64,000 nt of DNA from Antedon mediterranea (taxonomy: Eukaryota; Animalia; Echinodermata). The stretch lies in NCBI RefSeq assembly GCF_964355755.1, contig NC_092670.1:21996795-22060794 (forward strand). Direction: 5' to 3'. Below the pieces are notes generated by a model. It worked only from the letters and a program-made list of their open reading frames with translations. It searched no databases and was not told the origin of the DNA. The position numbers and the translations under genes were made by a program. Shown here piece after piece: positions 27,914 through 41,950 of the stretch; position 1 is the stretch's first letter; every line of letters starts with the position of its first letter.

Positions 27914-29499
27914 TTATTAATGGGCACTCACAGGCTATATAATAGTTTGGGCAACTATGGTACCCCAAACACAAAAATGACTTTAATAAACAAAATTAAA
28001 AGTAGGGTACATTAAATTTGTATGTAACATTTAAAAGAGTATTTGAAGTATGTTTGCTCTGTATAGTGGACTCATGTGATTGGGTAACATTTGAAAAAAT
28101 ATTAATATCAAATGGACCATTTACTTGATACTTGATACTTGACTTGATTTTGATTGAAAGTTTATTATAGATTTAGAGATGGGCTTATACCATGTTTATG
28201 TAAGTCTTTATTCTTTACTGCTATTTCCTGAAACATTTATTTTATTGAAAGGTTACCCACCTTTAAACTGGTCGAAATTGCCAAGTTATTGGTGAAAATA
28301 TTACTAAAACTTAAAAGCGAAAATTCTTGACGTCATTCATCAAAAGTTTTGTACGTCGGTCTTGACGTTGATCTCCGTCTACACGCAGCTAAACACCATC
28401 CCTCAAGACTATTTTAACTTATCTGTCAATTTTTTTGCCCTATTAAAACCTTCCCATAAGACCTGCGTTTTCTGCGTCAAACTTGGTGAAAGATGCGTGA
28501 AGACAGGTGTCGCTGAACACGATGGTTCAAATCGGCAATAGACCACTTGGCAGAAATGACAAGGAAACGAGAAATTGTTTATTCCCTAACAATCAAAACT
28601 AATTTTAATCAGTAAAATTATGAATGCTGTTTTTGCTAAACTGCAATTAATGTAGTGGTAAGATTTTGATAGCTATATAAAATGACATCAGCGCCCTACT
28701 TAATTCTGCCCTACTTCTCGAAAAACAAAGTATTATTACCAGTAATTAAGTATACACACTCATATAAGAAAATTGCTATACTTAATACATTTAAGATAAA
28801 AACAATTATGTGCTCTCTATATAAAAAAACACCTCAATTTTTACTGCTGTAATAATTCGATTATTAGCCCACCCTGGTATAAGCCCAAATATAAACATTT
28901 TTTGATAGAATTTTTTTTTAGTATGTTTGTCAGCCCAAATTTTGCTGATTAACAGATATATGATCATGATCAAGGTCACACTGTGAGTTTCTGAGCCTAT
29001 ACATACATAATAATACATAAATTTACGTTCATCTTTTTTAACCCCACTGTAAGGAATATTGGTAATTTATGGTATTTTACTGTATTATACAATTTTATAC
29101 AGAATTTGTTCTATTTGATATTAATATAGATGACTATCTTTGTTTACTGTCTCATAGAAACAGTTTGCAAATAAACGAACAAGTGAAAGGAATCTGGAAG
29201 GAAACACTAGAGAAGGCCAAACAATATTTAGATTATTTTATATCAGAATTATTCAACAAAACATTAAAATTTTAACCTGGTAGGCCTAAGTAATCAGGAA
29301 CATGTATGTACTTAGGCCCATTCATTATGACTTTCCTGCTTGTAAATATATAGCTAATTATTAATCTATGTCTGTCCTGTACATGATTGAAAGTGAAATG
29401 TTTCTTATTTAATAATATTCTTTAAACAATCATAACAGTAGGATGTATACAGTACTACTGTCTCTGTACATACATGTACTGGATGGAAATTAATGCTTC

Positions 29500-30920
29500 A
29501 GAGGGCGCTGTTCATATAGCAGTTGAGAATGCATTCCCATTTTTTTACTTTCCATCAATCACCATCCAGCGCGCGTGATCCAAATGATGGCTGATGATCG
29601 TCAGACGATAATTTCGTCGGCGAACAACAAATTGAAATGTACATTAAAAACATCCTAAAGTCGCTCCTATCTAGAATATCATGTATTTGAGCGTACCTCT
29701 TGGCACAAAAATGATACTTATACTAGCAAACCACCCACAAATAATTTTTTATTTTATCAGGCTAGCTAGGACTAAGACTTAAGTTCGTCTACTAGACGTA
29801 CAGAAGTCTACCTGCTGCTGGACAGACATGTAAAGTGTTGGCTGACACTGTGCTGTCTAATTTTTGGAATGGTAGTCTACCCTAGATCAACCAGGACCAA
29901 TTTTGTTGTGGATTCATATGATATGCTTAAACATACTTACGTTGTTGCATTGATTTTGTCGATTGGCTCCATTAATCTGATATTATTTGCGTTTTTTAAC
30001 ACGCTATTTCCAAGATTTTACATCCTCGATCACAGCAAAACGTCATAGAAAAGTTTTTTGAATAATTACGCATGCGCGTTATGCAAACTGGTGGTGGATG
30101 ATGGGTATAAAAGATTAAGTTACTACTCTTTTTCTTACACACCATTCTTGCTTGTATTTTGTATTTTAAACGATGTTTTTTATCTGAATTTTTGTATTTT
30201 AAACGATGTATTTTACCAAATTTTAACCTTTTTAACTCATTTTAAAGTTTTTTTTAAAGAATTTTTAAGTTTGAACAAACGAAAATAATTTCAAATCATG
30301 TACTATATTTTACTGTGTTTGATCATTAATAAATTAAATGAGAAACTAAACTAAAGAATGATGATATTATACGATCGAGTTGAAGTTGCACGGCTGGGTT
30401 GAAGTTTTGAAAACCGGGCGAATTCACGATAAAGTCAACCTTCTAAGGAGATCATTTTGGCGTTGTTGAAATATAAATAGCGTGTTTATATTTCCGGTAG
30501 TTATTCGTATACGCAAAGCGCGTAAATAAATTAAAAAGTTGCGTGTGTAGGCCTAAATTTTCCTCCATCGTGTAAACAACCCTCGAAAAGAGACGAGAGT
30601 ATCCTGCGTTTATTGTTAAAAAACTCACGTGCAATATGTTGCGTTTATGGTGTAAACAATAAACGCACGCGTAGCCTTTTGATTATAATGAAAGCAACCG
30701 CTTACGTTACTATGAAAAAACCTGCATGTGTTCTTGTAATTCTTTACAATACAGTACATTGTTAATAATGTTACAACATCCAATGGAATTGTTTCTGCAA
30801 ATATCATTTAAAATAATATAGGCTTTTATCGAGTGCCGTAACATCGCTTCGCGTCATAAATAAGTCACTAGCTTAGGTTATGTTTCTGACGTCCTCGTCT
30901 CCGATTACCAACGGTGTAAT
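29500..30920. promoter_or_regulatory. CpG-rich promoter/enhancer-like region with no assigned gene
   Basis: Dense CpGs against an AT-rich background; NRF1-like acgcatgcgc at 30068-30077; two Fox-type gtaaacaa sites. Confidence 0.5.
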
Positions 30921-31487
30921 TTTCTTTTAGGCTAATTGAATCGTAGCTCTGTATAAAGATGATGAACAACGCACTTTGTAAAAGTAGACTAACCTTTGTG
31001 TCTAAATATTTCATTGCAAAATGTCTGACTGAAATTAAAAGATGAAATAAATGGATGGATGTTTATATATAATGTGTTTTATATTAAAAGGTGAATGAAA
31101 ATGAGTGTCTCTTCTCTTGAAAGGGTTGTATTAATACAATAGAGATGAGTTAATCATATTTATAGATATGTAGTTTAACATATTGTTTGTGGTATCCACG
31201 CCATCGAAAATGATATTAATGTTAATTAATTAATTAATTAATTATTGATAACGGCTGGTGGTGGTAATAACTGTAATGATAAATGAAAATGATGGTAATG
31301 TTACATTAATGATGATGATAACGATGATTATGAAGATGATTATAACGATGATAATGATGTGTATTATGATGAGACGAACTGTTTATGATGATTAGGATTT
31401 TACGTTTCTGCCATAGTCGTTTTTTTTATTCAATCCTTTTTATTTCATTGGTAATAAAAGAATCAAATAAGATACTTACGATGGCTG

Positions 31488-32160
31488 ATAATAATAATGA
31501 TGATGATGATATATGAAGATATAATGATGATGGTGATATATGAAGATAATGATGATGATGATATATGAAGATAATGATGATGGTGATATATGAAGATAAT
31601 GATGATGATGATATATGAAGATAATGATGATGGTGATATATGAAGATAATGATGATGATGATATATGAAGATAATGATGATGATGATATATGAAGATAAT
31701 GATGATGGTGATGGTGATATATGAAGATAATGATGATGGTGATATATGAAGATAATGATGATGGTGATATATGAAGATAATGATGATGGTGATATATGAA
31801 GATAATGATGATGATGATATATGAAGATAATGATGATGATATATGAAGATAATGATGATGATATATGAAGATAATGATGATGGTGATATATGAAGATAAT
31901 GATGATGATATATGAAGATAATGATGATGGTGATATATGAAGATAATGATGATGATGATATATGAAGATAATGATGATGATGATATATGGAGATAATGAT
32001 GATGATGATATATGAAGATAATGATGATGGTGATATATGAAGATAATGATGATGATGATATATGAAGATAATGATGATGATGATATATGAAGATAATGAT
32101 GATGGTGATATATGAAGATAATGATGATGATGATATATGAAGATAATGATGATGGTGATA
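31488..32160. repeat. GAT-derived ~25-bp minisatellite
   Basis: gatatatgaagataatgatgatg(a/g)t units with a variable number of GAT triplets. Confidence 0.97.
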
Positions 32161-32707
32161 CAAACAATGGGCAAAGATGAATGCTAAAGATATATTGCCT
32201 CCCATATAAAAATATAAATAACAGTTATTCGCTTTGACCAGAAAACATTAAAACTGGAAAATGGCTTGTTCTCTGATCTGGCTTGTCTGATTTTTGTTTT
32301 GTTTTGTGTGACAATATACATTTTTAATATTTGTGGTAAATATGTTGAAGATCTGTATACACACATGATGATTAAATCACTGCAAATAAGTAAATGTATC
32401 AATCACATAAAATACTAGAAAAATCTCACTTGTGTCTCAAACTTTTAATTCTATAATACAACATAGAAGTACTGTTACATCAGAAAATTCAGTGAAAATT
32501 AAATGATTTCTAACAAACTTGTGTCTACAGTAACTCCTTTTACATTATTATTCAATCTGGGAAGAGTGAAATTAATTTCAATCTTCCCTGATTCAATCTC
32601 TTCTAGACAGTTAATCCTTAGGATTAAACATCAATCTTTATATGAGTCAATCAACCTGATTAAAGTTCAACCTTTAGATTTAAAACAAATCGTTTATTCA
32701 GTCATGT

Positions 32708-32875
32708 AGACAGACAAAGATTGATATTCAATCCAGACAAAGACTGATATTCAATCTAGACAAAGACTGATATTCAATCTAGATAAAGACTGATATTCAA
32801 TCTAGGCAAAGACTGATATTCAATCTAGACAAAGATTGATATTCAATCTAGACAAAGATTGATATTCAATCTATA
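32708..32875. repeat. 23-bp minisatellite, about 7 copies
   Basis: agacaaagactgatattcaatct units; decayed copies upstream to about 32560. Confidence 0.95.
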
Positions 32876-32909
32876 CTCAATCCTCTATGGGTTATTTACA
32901 ATGTATAAC

Positions 32910-32938
32910 CATGGAGGTATCTTTTTTATACCTCCATG
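32910..32938. mobile_element. 29-bp palindromic micro-element with 7-bp TSD
   Basis: gtataac|catggaggtat...atacctccatg|gtataac. Confidence 0.8.
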
Positions 32939-35900
32939 GTATAACACTGCAAAGCAGGAATCAAACACATAAAGAGCACATCTTATCTACTGTAGATAAC
33001 AAGACGAGGCCATTCAGTTTTATTTACAAAATAACAAAATAATACAAGTATTTCCATTATTATTTGTTGACGATTTTTATCCAAAATCAGAATATTTCAT
33101 TCTTAATATTTGTCTAATGAACCACAAAAATATTTCTTAATCTATGACAATTATTTTATCTTACATACACACCAGGTTTTACCTTGTTCAGGCAGAAACC
33201 CCTGTTTAACACTACACTCTCATTTCATATCAGTGATGACAAGATTTTTGAATCCATTTCGAATATATTTTTTTTTAAATTTAAAACAACTTAAATTAAT
33301 TTACAGTGCAAATATTTATTATGTAAAATAATTTACAATAAAAAGAACTGAAAACCATTTCATAACAAAGTAAAATGGAATATTTTGATGACTATTTATT
33401 ATTACTATAAATAAATGAAAGAATTTTTCACCGTTCAACTGTTAATATTTATTTACTTGAAAAGGTATTAATACAGTATGTACAATATACATCACATTCC
33501 ACATAAATATCACATTATTATCTCAAAAAGTAATGTTTCCCAAAACCTTAGAATTCAGAATTTAATTATTGTCTATTGTTTAATTATTTAATTGAAATGG
33601 TCCTGTATATTATATAAATATTTAGTTACTAGCCCAAATACAAGCCCACCTTGAGATGGAATGAAAAGTTTGATTTGCTTAACTTCCGATCTTTATAGAG
33701 TTTGGTGTTGTGACGATTGACTGTATGTATTCAATTAAATTTTTTAAAGTAACTTGAACAAAAATATTAGTGGCTAAAATACAAGCCCACTCTGATTTTA
33801 AGTTGAGTTTGGTATTATTATTAGTATTTGACTGTATGGATTAAATTAAATTTTTGTAAAAAAAAATTACTAAAAAGAAACTACTAATGTTTCCTGGATG
33901 GGTATGAAGATTATATTCTAGTTGAAAAGCAAAGTAAAAAAGAATCAGAATGATAATAAAGATTGATGATAATTGAGAGATGGATTACATAATAGAATTA
34001 AGACAGCTAGGCTTGGCAATTTGACGCGGTACAATTGATGTAGGTTGGTTCAAAGGGATATTTGCCTAGGTCACACGTACTACTCGATGCTTGTAATCAG
34101 GCCTAAATGAACATTATATCTTTCTTGTTAATATTTTTTATATCCCAGATGTATTTGACATAAATTACATAATTAAGTAAAAATAATATAGCATACAATT
34201 CCTGTGGAACAGATTATGTTTTATATCTAATTATTACAATTTTTTGAGAGATCAACGCACTTTATATTTTTTGTTTGATGTTGATTCCAGATTATACTAA
34301 CCGGTTTCCTGTACTGTATCTTGACATATGGCATTATATGTCCAGTATCTTAGGCAAATTCTGTAATACACTGTCACATATTATCATATATTACATTATG
34401 TTAAAGTTTCAGCCTATGATACAGGGACACATGTGATACATATGTGACATCATATCACAGTTGTTGCATACAGCTTTATTTAGGTATAAGCGTACATGTA
34501 CGTAGTGCAAAAACCTATTGTGCGATGGAAGCATTTATTCTCAAGTTGAAATATTGTATTTAAACATTGCAGTTTAAAAATGCTTATGGGCGATAGATGG
34601 AGAATTTGTGGAATTATTCTACCGATAATAATCTGTATTTGCGACAAACAAAACCATGTCTTAACAAGATGAGAAATTATCTACTTAATTAATATTAGTA
34701 TCAAAAAAACTTTGTGGAACGCCGATCCCAATTTAGAATTTCTTAACCAATCACATAAATACGAATAATAAGAAATCTTAACAATTGGATTTTCCATCAG
34801 AGCTTATTGGCAATTAAAATTAACTCTCTTATTTCCACTACTAATTATTTATTTTTTTTGTGATGCAGATACTAACATAACGAGAAATGACTATCTTGTT
34901 GCCGACGGTGATCATAAACATTGTGTAATATTAAAGGATGGTAAAGTATAAACACAGGATACTTAAAGTTAAGTTTATAACAAATTCTAAATAGGTGAAC
35001 ATTGTTTTAATCAATTAAGTAGTATCAGCATGATAAATAAAATGGATTAATCGATTGAAGTCTCATCGTTATTTTGACGTTTTCTTTTTAGTATATGATA
35101 AGAGTTCCATAACATTAAGTGGAGTTGAAATTATTCGATAAATAAGCAATTCCCTCAGTACTACTTAAAATACAGTGATTTCATTTTTGAGTTCTTAGTT
35201 TGTTGTGGGAATTGTCCAATCTCAGGGTGGTGATTCAACGAGTATCTCTAGACGGCGATCCAAAAATCTTCTTAATATTCTAATCGTTACTTCTAGTTAC
35301 GCCAACTTGATTTACTGCATAATTACAAAAATTGATAACATCTACGAATCTTTTTTTTGTCCATCATTAGGTAACAGTTTAAAATCCTCATTATGTTTAA
35401 CTAACAGAATCGAAAGGAAATAATTTCAGAAGTTGTCTTTTACAAAATTTGAACAACATGATAAAGTGTGTTACACTAGAGAATATATGTAATTATTTTG
35501 TAAAAAAAATTAATATACAGTAATAAAAATTTGTCAACAAAAATAATTTATGTCAATAGATTTAAATGATACAGTTCATTGTGAGTGAAAGCCTCAATAA
35601 ATTGAATTGATTAATCAAGTAGCTTTTTTTTACTACATGAAAAGCAATTTAAAAATAAATATTTTGTAGTCAAAAAAGAATAAAAACACAGTTTTTGCAT
35701 GTAGAGTTTAATTTATGAATTTCTTGTTTGTTTTAAGTATGCAGTAGTAAGTAATTAAAACTGTTCTTGATGTTACATGCTAATTCAAGTCAAGCAATAT
35801 AAATGGACAGTTTTCTTTGTTGAATTTATATTTTCTGGTTAAATTAATATAGACAAAGTGGAAATTACAGTTTTCCTTTATCACAAGATACAGCCGCCAA

Positions 35901-36769
35901 TTTGCCAATCATCACCCATTTATAGACAACTCCAATTATCCAACAAATTCAATTACATTACAAAATTCAATTTCTATATCAAAATTACAAGTTTTTTTAA
36001 ACTTAGCCCAAAACAGATAATATGATTATGCTGTAAGTATATATTTTCATGTATCCATAATTTACACGAAAACAAAATGTATAGGTTCATGAAAATAAGT
36101 TACTTATACTAATAAATTAATTTTTGAGAGAGAATTAAATGTTGCTTGTATTGTAGTTGAGTAGTGGGAGAAAAACAGGTTTTTGGTGCACTTTTAATTT
36201 ATGCAAGAATGGATGGTACACAACATTACATTTAAAGTAGCTGATTCATAAAGTAATATACCGGTAGTGATAAAAAACTAACTTAGCCTCAGATTTGATT
36301 TATTTAACCCAACATAATTATGATTATGAAGTGTTTTTTTTTATGTAAACATGGATAAGCATTTAACTATAAAAAGGAAATGAGTAAATACACGATAAAT
36401 TAATACATAAACAAATGTAATGATTTATATAAATACTGGCTGTACAAGAGTCCAATAATAACAATGCAAGTTAAAAATAACGTTCAGATATATTACAAAT
36501 TCAATATTCGTAAATGATTGAATAAGCAGTGTTTCTTTGATTCTTGTATTTATACAAAAGCTGAGATATTTATTAGCGTGATGTTCCCTAATATTAAGAT
36601 GACTGTCCTACAATACAGGCCGTGCTTTGCTCATTCTAATGTGGTACAGATTTGACAAGGATGGTTACTCAATACTGTGGACTTTTATATGGGTGAAATA
36701 AGATGCCAGTGATGAATTAGGCAATACTTAAAGGCGACAAGTGTATTTATATACAGAAGAACCGTTAGA

Positions 36770-37222
36770 ACACCCCCCTGTTCAGGGGACACCTCTATTC
36801 AGCAGGTACACCCCTGTTCAGGGACACCTCTATTTAGGTACACCCCTGTTCAGGGACACCTCTATTTAGGTACACCCCTGTTCAGTGGACACCTCTATTC
36901 AGGTACACCCCTGTTCAGTGGACACCTCTATTCAGGTACACCCCTGTTCAGTAGACACCTCTATTAAGGTACACCCCTGTTCAGTGGACACCTCTATTCA
37001 GGTACACCCCTGTTTAGTAGACACCTCTATTAAGGTACACCCCTGTTCAGTACACACCTCTATTCAGGTACACCCCTGTTCAGTGGACACCTCTATTCAG
37101 GTACACCCCTGTTAAGTGGACACCTCTATTCAGGTACACCCCTGTTCAGTGGACACCTCTATTCAGGTACACCCCTGTTTAGTGGATACCTCTATTCAGG
37201 TACACTCTTGTTCAGGGGACAC
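36770..37222. repeat. 33-bp minisatellite, about 13 copies, expanded inside a dispersed repeat
   Basis: gacacctctattcaggtacacccctgttcagtg units; related cagggRacac motifs at about 2975, 3785, 8125 and 38345. Confidence 0.95.
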
Positions 37223-37401
37223 ACCATCCCTATCAAGAGGACCAAAAAACTAGGGAGAATAAAACTGTTATTCATGGGATATCCCTACTATACTGTAGAA
37301 CACTTGGTCTACTGCGACAATTAAACAAGAGCTAAGCTGGGTTTTAATGCAAATGGCGCTAACTCAATCATTTACGATAAAAAGATTAATTTTATCCCTT
37401 G

Positions 37402-37586
37402 TTAGTGTTTAAAAGATTTCATTTTATGAACGAAAAATTTCTCAAGAATATCTGCACACTGATAGAAAGGCGAGTCACTAGCGTTGTAGAAGCGACAGTT
37501 ATCAAATACCTTGCCAACGTCGTAGGTAAAATCACTCAGTTTCTGGTATTTCTTCTTCTTTAACTTTGTTTCAACGGTTGTAAGAT
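37402..37586 (-). CDS. BPTF: BPTF terminal coding exon (bromodomain C-half, stop)
   Basis: ttttcag| DLTTVETKLKKKKYQKLSDFTYDVGKVFDNCRFYNASDSPFYQCADILEKFFVHKMKSFKH*; conserved NCxxYN; phase 1 matches the 59250 donor. Confidence 0.96.
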
Positions 37587-39387
37587 CTGAAAACAACAAA
37601 TAATTTAAAATAATAAGGAAAAGAAAACAACAGATTTTACTTAGAGTCTTAGATGCATTGTTTGGCATTATACTGTACGTGCCACTGGGCAGAAAGAGTA
37701 TAGATGAGGTGAAAAGATATTGTTCTGAAAGGTAGTGTTGGCCAGCCCAAGTGTGTAAAGTGTACAACAACTGGTGGACTTACACTTACAAATAAAACAC
37801 TATTAAATTCATTGAAATAATAAATAAAAATTAACTAAGTAATATTAATTCAATAATATTAATAAGGTACCTGTACTGTTACAAAAAAAAAAAATAATCC
37901 TGTAAATCAAGTTGAAAATAGTATGCACGAAAACCAGGAGAAACGAAATTAACTAAAAACTAATTAAATTTTACTGTTGATGTTTTGTAATTCATAAATA
38001 AGCGGCGTGTTATGTTAAGGTATATGCACTAAAATGTGATTTGCTAATGAATTTTTAATGGCTATTGAATTTTTGTATCAAGAATTATTTATATCTGGTT
38101 AGAAAAACAGCTGATATGTATAATTAGTACTGTATGTGCATATTATTGATTAATTTTTATTATCTACTTAAGGATAACCGCTATAATAGTACTAACATCA
38201 ATTAAAAAAAAATTTAAATAAATTTATTTTAATAACTTCTAGCCTAGTTGATAAAATGGTAATAACATCGAGAATTCGATAATTTCAAAGTAAAAGAAAC
38301 AAGTACTCATAATTTATAATTACTACTTTATAATTACAGTACAGTAAAGCCTCTACATTAGGAAACCCCTGTTCAGGGAACACCTGGAATTAAGGGACAC
38401 TTTACGACGAAGGGTGATATATTTAACACTACGATCAAACCCTTAATCAGACGATGCGCCTATTGAGGGGACATCTAAGTGTCTTTGTGTATTTTGGTCC
38501 AAAGCATATATGACAAAGAAGGGGAGAGTGAGTGGTTGTGGGCCTCCACACAAATAAGAAAATAAATAAACATTTGTTTGCAAATTTATAATAACTGCAA
38601 ACACACACATGAAAGTTTGTATAAAACAGATCATCTCAATGCGTGCACGTATATCATTTTGCGTGTTTTTTATTGCGTGTATTTTATTAGGAACGTTACA
38701 TACCATCTGTTACGTGAAGAGTGAAAATTCACAAATAGTAAAAAGTATGTCGTTACAAAATAATAAGTTACTATAAAATAAAAATTGAAGAAGTATGTGT
38801 GAGAAGTGTTCTTCTTAATTGTTTATAAGCAACAAAATGCAAAATCATTAATCATATGAACGTTCAAACAACTAGTAGCTAAATAATACGTACGTTAGGA
38901 ATTTAGCTCGTTAAAGAATTAATCTTATTAGGTGTTGCATCAATCAAGTTTGATTTACGTTCATGTTTTTCTCAAACATAAAATGATAAAATTATTTATA
39001 ACGTTGTATTACTAGTTGTGGTAACTAATTTTCAATTATAATTAAAACCAAGATAAGCATGCTAAGTCGCTCATATTACAAATAAAAATCTCAAGTTTTT
39101 ATTGCATGATTTGAAAAAGTTTATAGATCTTATGTTTTAACAAATGAAACTGTTTTATTATTATGAAATATATGAGTTTTGATAAAAGATTTAGTGTTTA
39201 ATTCTCAACTATAAGGCCAGGATTATGCAACGCTGGTTAAAGAAAACAAAAATGTTTTACCGGGAATACTAAGAATAAGATCGTTAAATAGCTTAATAAA
39301 GCAATAACTGTGATCAACTGAATATTATGTTGTATTTGAATAGGATGATATAACTCAATATATGGAGCGGTTTATCCAAGAAATAAT

Positions 39388-39710
39388 AGTGCCCTCAAAT
39401 TGGATTAACAGCACCCTCAATTTGGATTAACAGTGCCCTCAATTTGGATTAACATTGCCCTCAATTTGTGCCCTCAATTTGTGCCCTCAATTTGGATTAA
39501 CAGTGATCTCAATTTGGATTAATTGTGCTTTCAATTGGGATTAACAGTGCCCTCAATTTGAATTAACAGTGCCCTCAATTTGGATTAATAGTGCCCTCAA
39601 TTTGGATTAATAGTGATCCCAATTTGGATTAACAGTGCCCTCAATTTGAGATTGTGTGTTCTCAATTTGATTAGCGCTGACCTCAATTCAGATTTATGCT
39701 GCCCTCAATA
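39388..39710. repeat. 22-bp minisatellite, about 13 copies
   Basis: gtgccctcaatttggattaaca units. Confidence 0.95.
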
Positions 39711-41835
39711 AGGCTACTCATATTGACACCTTCCTACTGTCATCTGTAATTAATACTGCACTTCAATTAAAAATATTGAACTAAACAACAGCATCATAGG
39801 AATGATACTACCAACCCCTAGAAAGAATACTGCCCTCAACTGGGATTAGACAAAGTGGCAGTGACTAAACCACATACAGGGCTCATCCTAATATATTCTT
39901 TCATGAATAGCTTATTTCTAACAATGATAAATTGTTGTGATCTTTTAGTTCATTTTCATCAGGCCGGTAGCTATGCTATACGAAAGCAGTTTGATCATCA
40001 CATAAGTTTAAGCAATTAATTTCTGTTATTTAATTAATGACCTTTAGAAATAGGTCAATGAGTCAACTACATGATCATGAACTTATCAGCTTGTTCATTT
40101 TAGTGTGAAAGGGATTTAAGACTAGAGAGAAAAAAAATAATTAAAGAACAATTCAATCCAAATTAAATCTCTTAAGTGATAAAAAGATTTAGTTGAAGAT
40201 ACAATATAAAATCCTGTTCATACAAAAGGAAATAAAAATGTAGTGTCAAAGTTCACAATCTAAAAACCAAGACCCTATTTACACGGGCAAAAAAATAAGT
40301 TGAAGTTAGCTACACATGGTATTAAATTTGACAAGAAAATCAATTAATATTGTATAAACTCTGAGCTTATCCTAAAATATATTGTGTAGCAATCATACAA
40401 CCAGACACCCAATAATAAGTGCCTAAAGTAATTTTATACATACAGTATAATATAATTTCCGTGACTGTTTATAATACACATGTTCTATCAAAATATTACA
40501 AAATTTAAGACCGAAATGTACACTTGTGGGTTAAAAATATAGGTCACTTTTGAAAAAAAAATTAGTAAATTAAAATTTAAAAAGATAGCAGGAAAAGAAT
40601 TGTAGAGAGACCTTACTATGTTTAGAAATTTAATTAATGTTTAGAAGCTATCATATTACTTTAATTTTCAATTTCTGTTTTACATGGTTTAAGTTGAATT
40701 TGGTTAAATTTGATAAACCACAGAACATCTTTACTATAATATTTATTTGAATATTTTTTTCATCGGCATAACTTGATAACAGAGCCATTGGGATGTTATG
40801 AATTACTTGGGTGTATCTGTCGAGTGATAGGTTCGAGTGTGCATGACAAAAAGCAGAGATAAATCTCAATTTTATCATATTCATTAAAAACATGTGTTAT
40901 ACTTTTCATTGCTAGCAAAAAGTGTATTTTGTGTGTGCACAGTCCCAAAAGAACAACTGGGCCTCTGTAGATATTAAATAAAGTTGAACTTGAATTAAAT
41001 AAAAAAGTATTTTAATTTGGTTTTTACTAGCAAAATAATAACTAAATTTTGAATTTTAAAAAGTATTTACACTGTGTATCTATTATTGGTTTTACATAGA
41101 AATATATTAATTCAATTTTGATAACTTGACAACTTTTTGTTATTACTAATTATTTCCAGGTTTTATACTGAAAAATTATAGATATATGAAAACATTAATA
41201 TACAACAAATCACTCCAAATGTCATAAAACTGATTTTTAGTAATACATATGACTTAATTACTTCAAAAACAATTGATAATATTAATGATTCCTCAGACAC
41301 ATCTGTTAAAATCATCACGAGGAAAGTTGGTATGTTTATGGCAGAGGTTGTCAGACGGCGACAACGAAAAGGCCAAATATGTAAATCATCTTTCTCTCAC
41401 AATATTCAAATTCATAACGTAAAATAATATAAATCTCTCATTTTGTATCAATTAGTATATAATGCAAACGTTTAAAAATAGAAAGCATTATTAATTTCTC
41501 AATTTGCAGCCTACATTATGGAACATTGTTTTTATATCATATTTTAATTATTAATATTCTCATTCCTAGAAAATGTTTTAATGTTTAATTTAACAGAGAA
41601 AACTGTACAATAATTACTTACATTGTATGTAGAAGTCAAATTTAATAATTAAAAACAATTTAATTAATTTTTCATTTAAACGAGGACATTGTAAATATCA
41701 ATATCTTAGTTATTTAATAACTACAGTATTCAGAAGAATTCACCGGTAGCCAGTCACGCCCGAACTACGGTTCTCACATGACTATAGCTTAAGCCCATTG
41801 GAAATGTTCGTCCAAAATAAGGCCGCGATGCACTA

Positions 41836-41950
41836 AGCCTGATTTTCATATAATCGCAGTCGATAATGATTTCATGAAAATTTGTTTGAGATGAATCGGG
41901 GAGCTCTTGCAATTTTATAGGCGAAGCGTAGCAATTATGAAAACCAGGCT
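41836..41950. mobile_element. MITE (Harbinger-like)
   Basis: TIRs agcctgattttcata / tatgaaaaccaggct. Confidence 0.65.

Noticed and set aside
28308-28541. Stop-free frame of about 78 codons in a CpG-richer block
   Set aside because: No ATG, splice support or recognisable domain.
31426-32205. Three long His/Ile/Ser-rich ORFs (232-259 aa)
   Set aside because: All three frames are translations of the GAT-based minisatellite; no domain or splice support.
36885-37115. Repeat-protein ORF (DTSIQVHPCSV)n; likewise ORFs at 3814, 16235-16691 and 61104-61533
   Set aside because: Translations of minisatellites.
41340-41372. miR-981-like ttcgttgtcg on the minus strand (and miR-31-like aggcaagatg within the 5S SINE)
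   Set aside because: Only about 10 nt match, 3' halves disagree and no precursor hairpin is evident.
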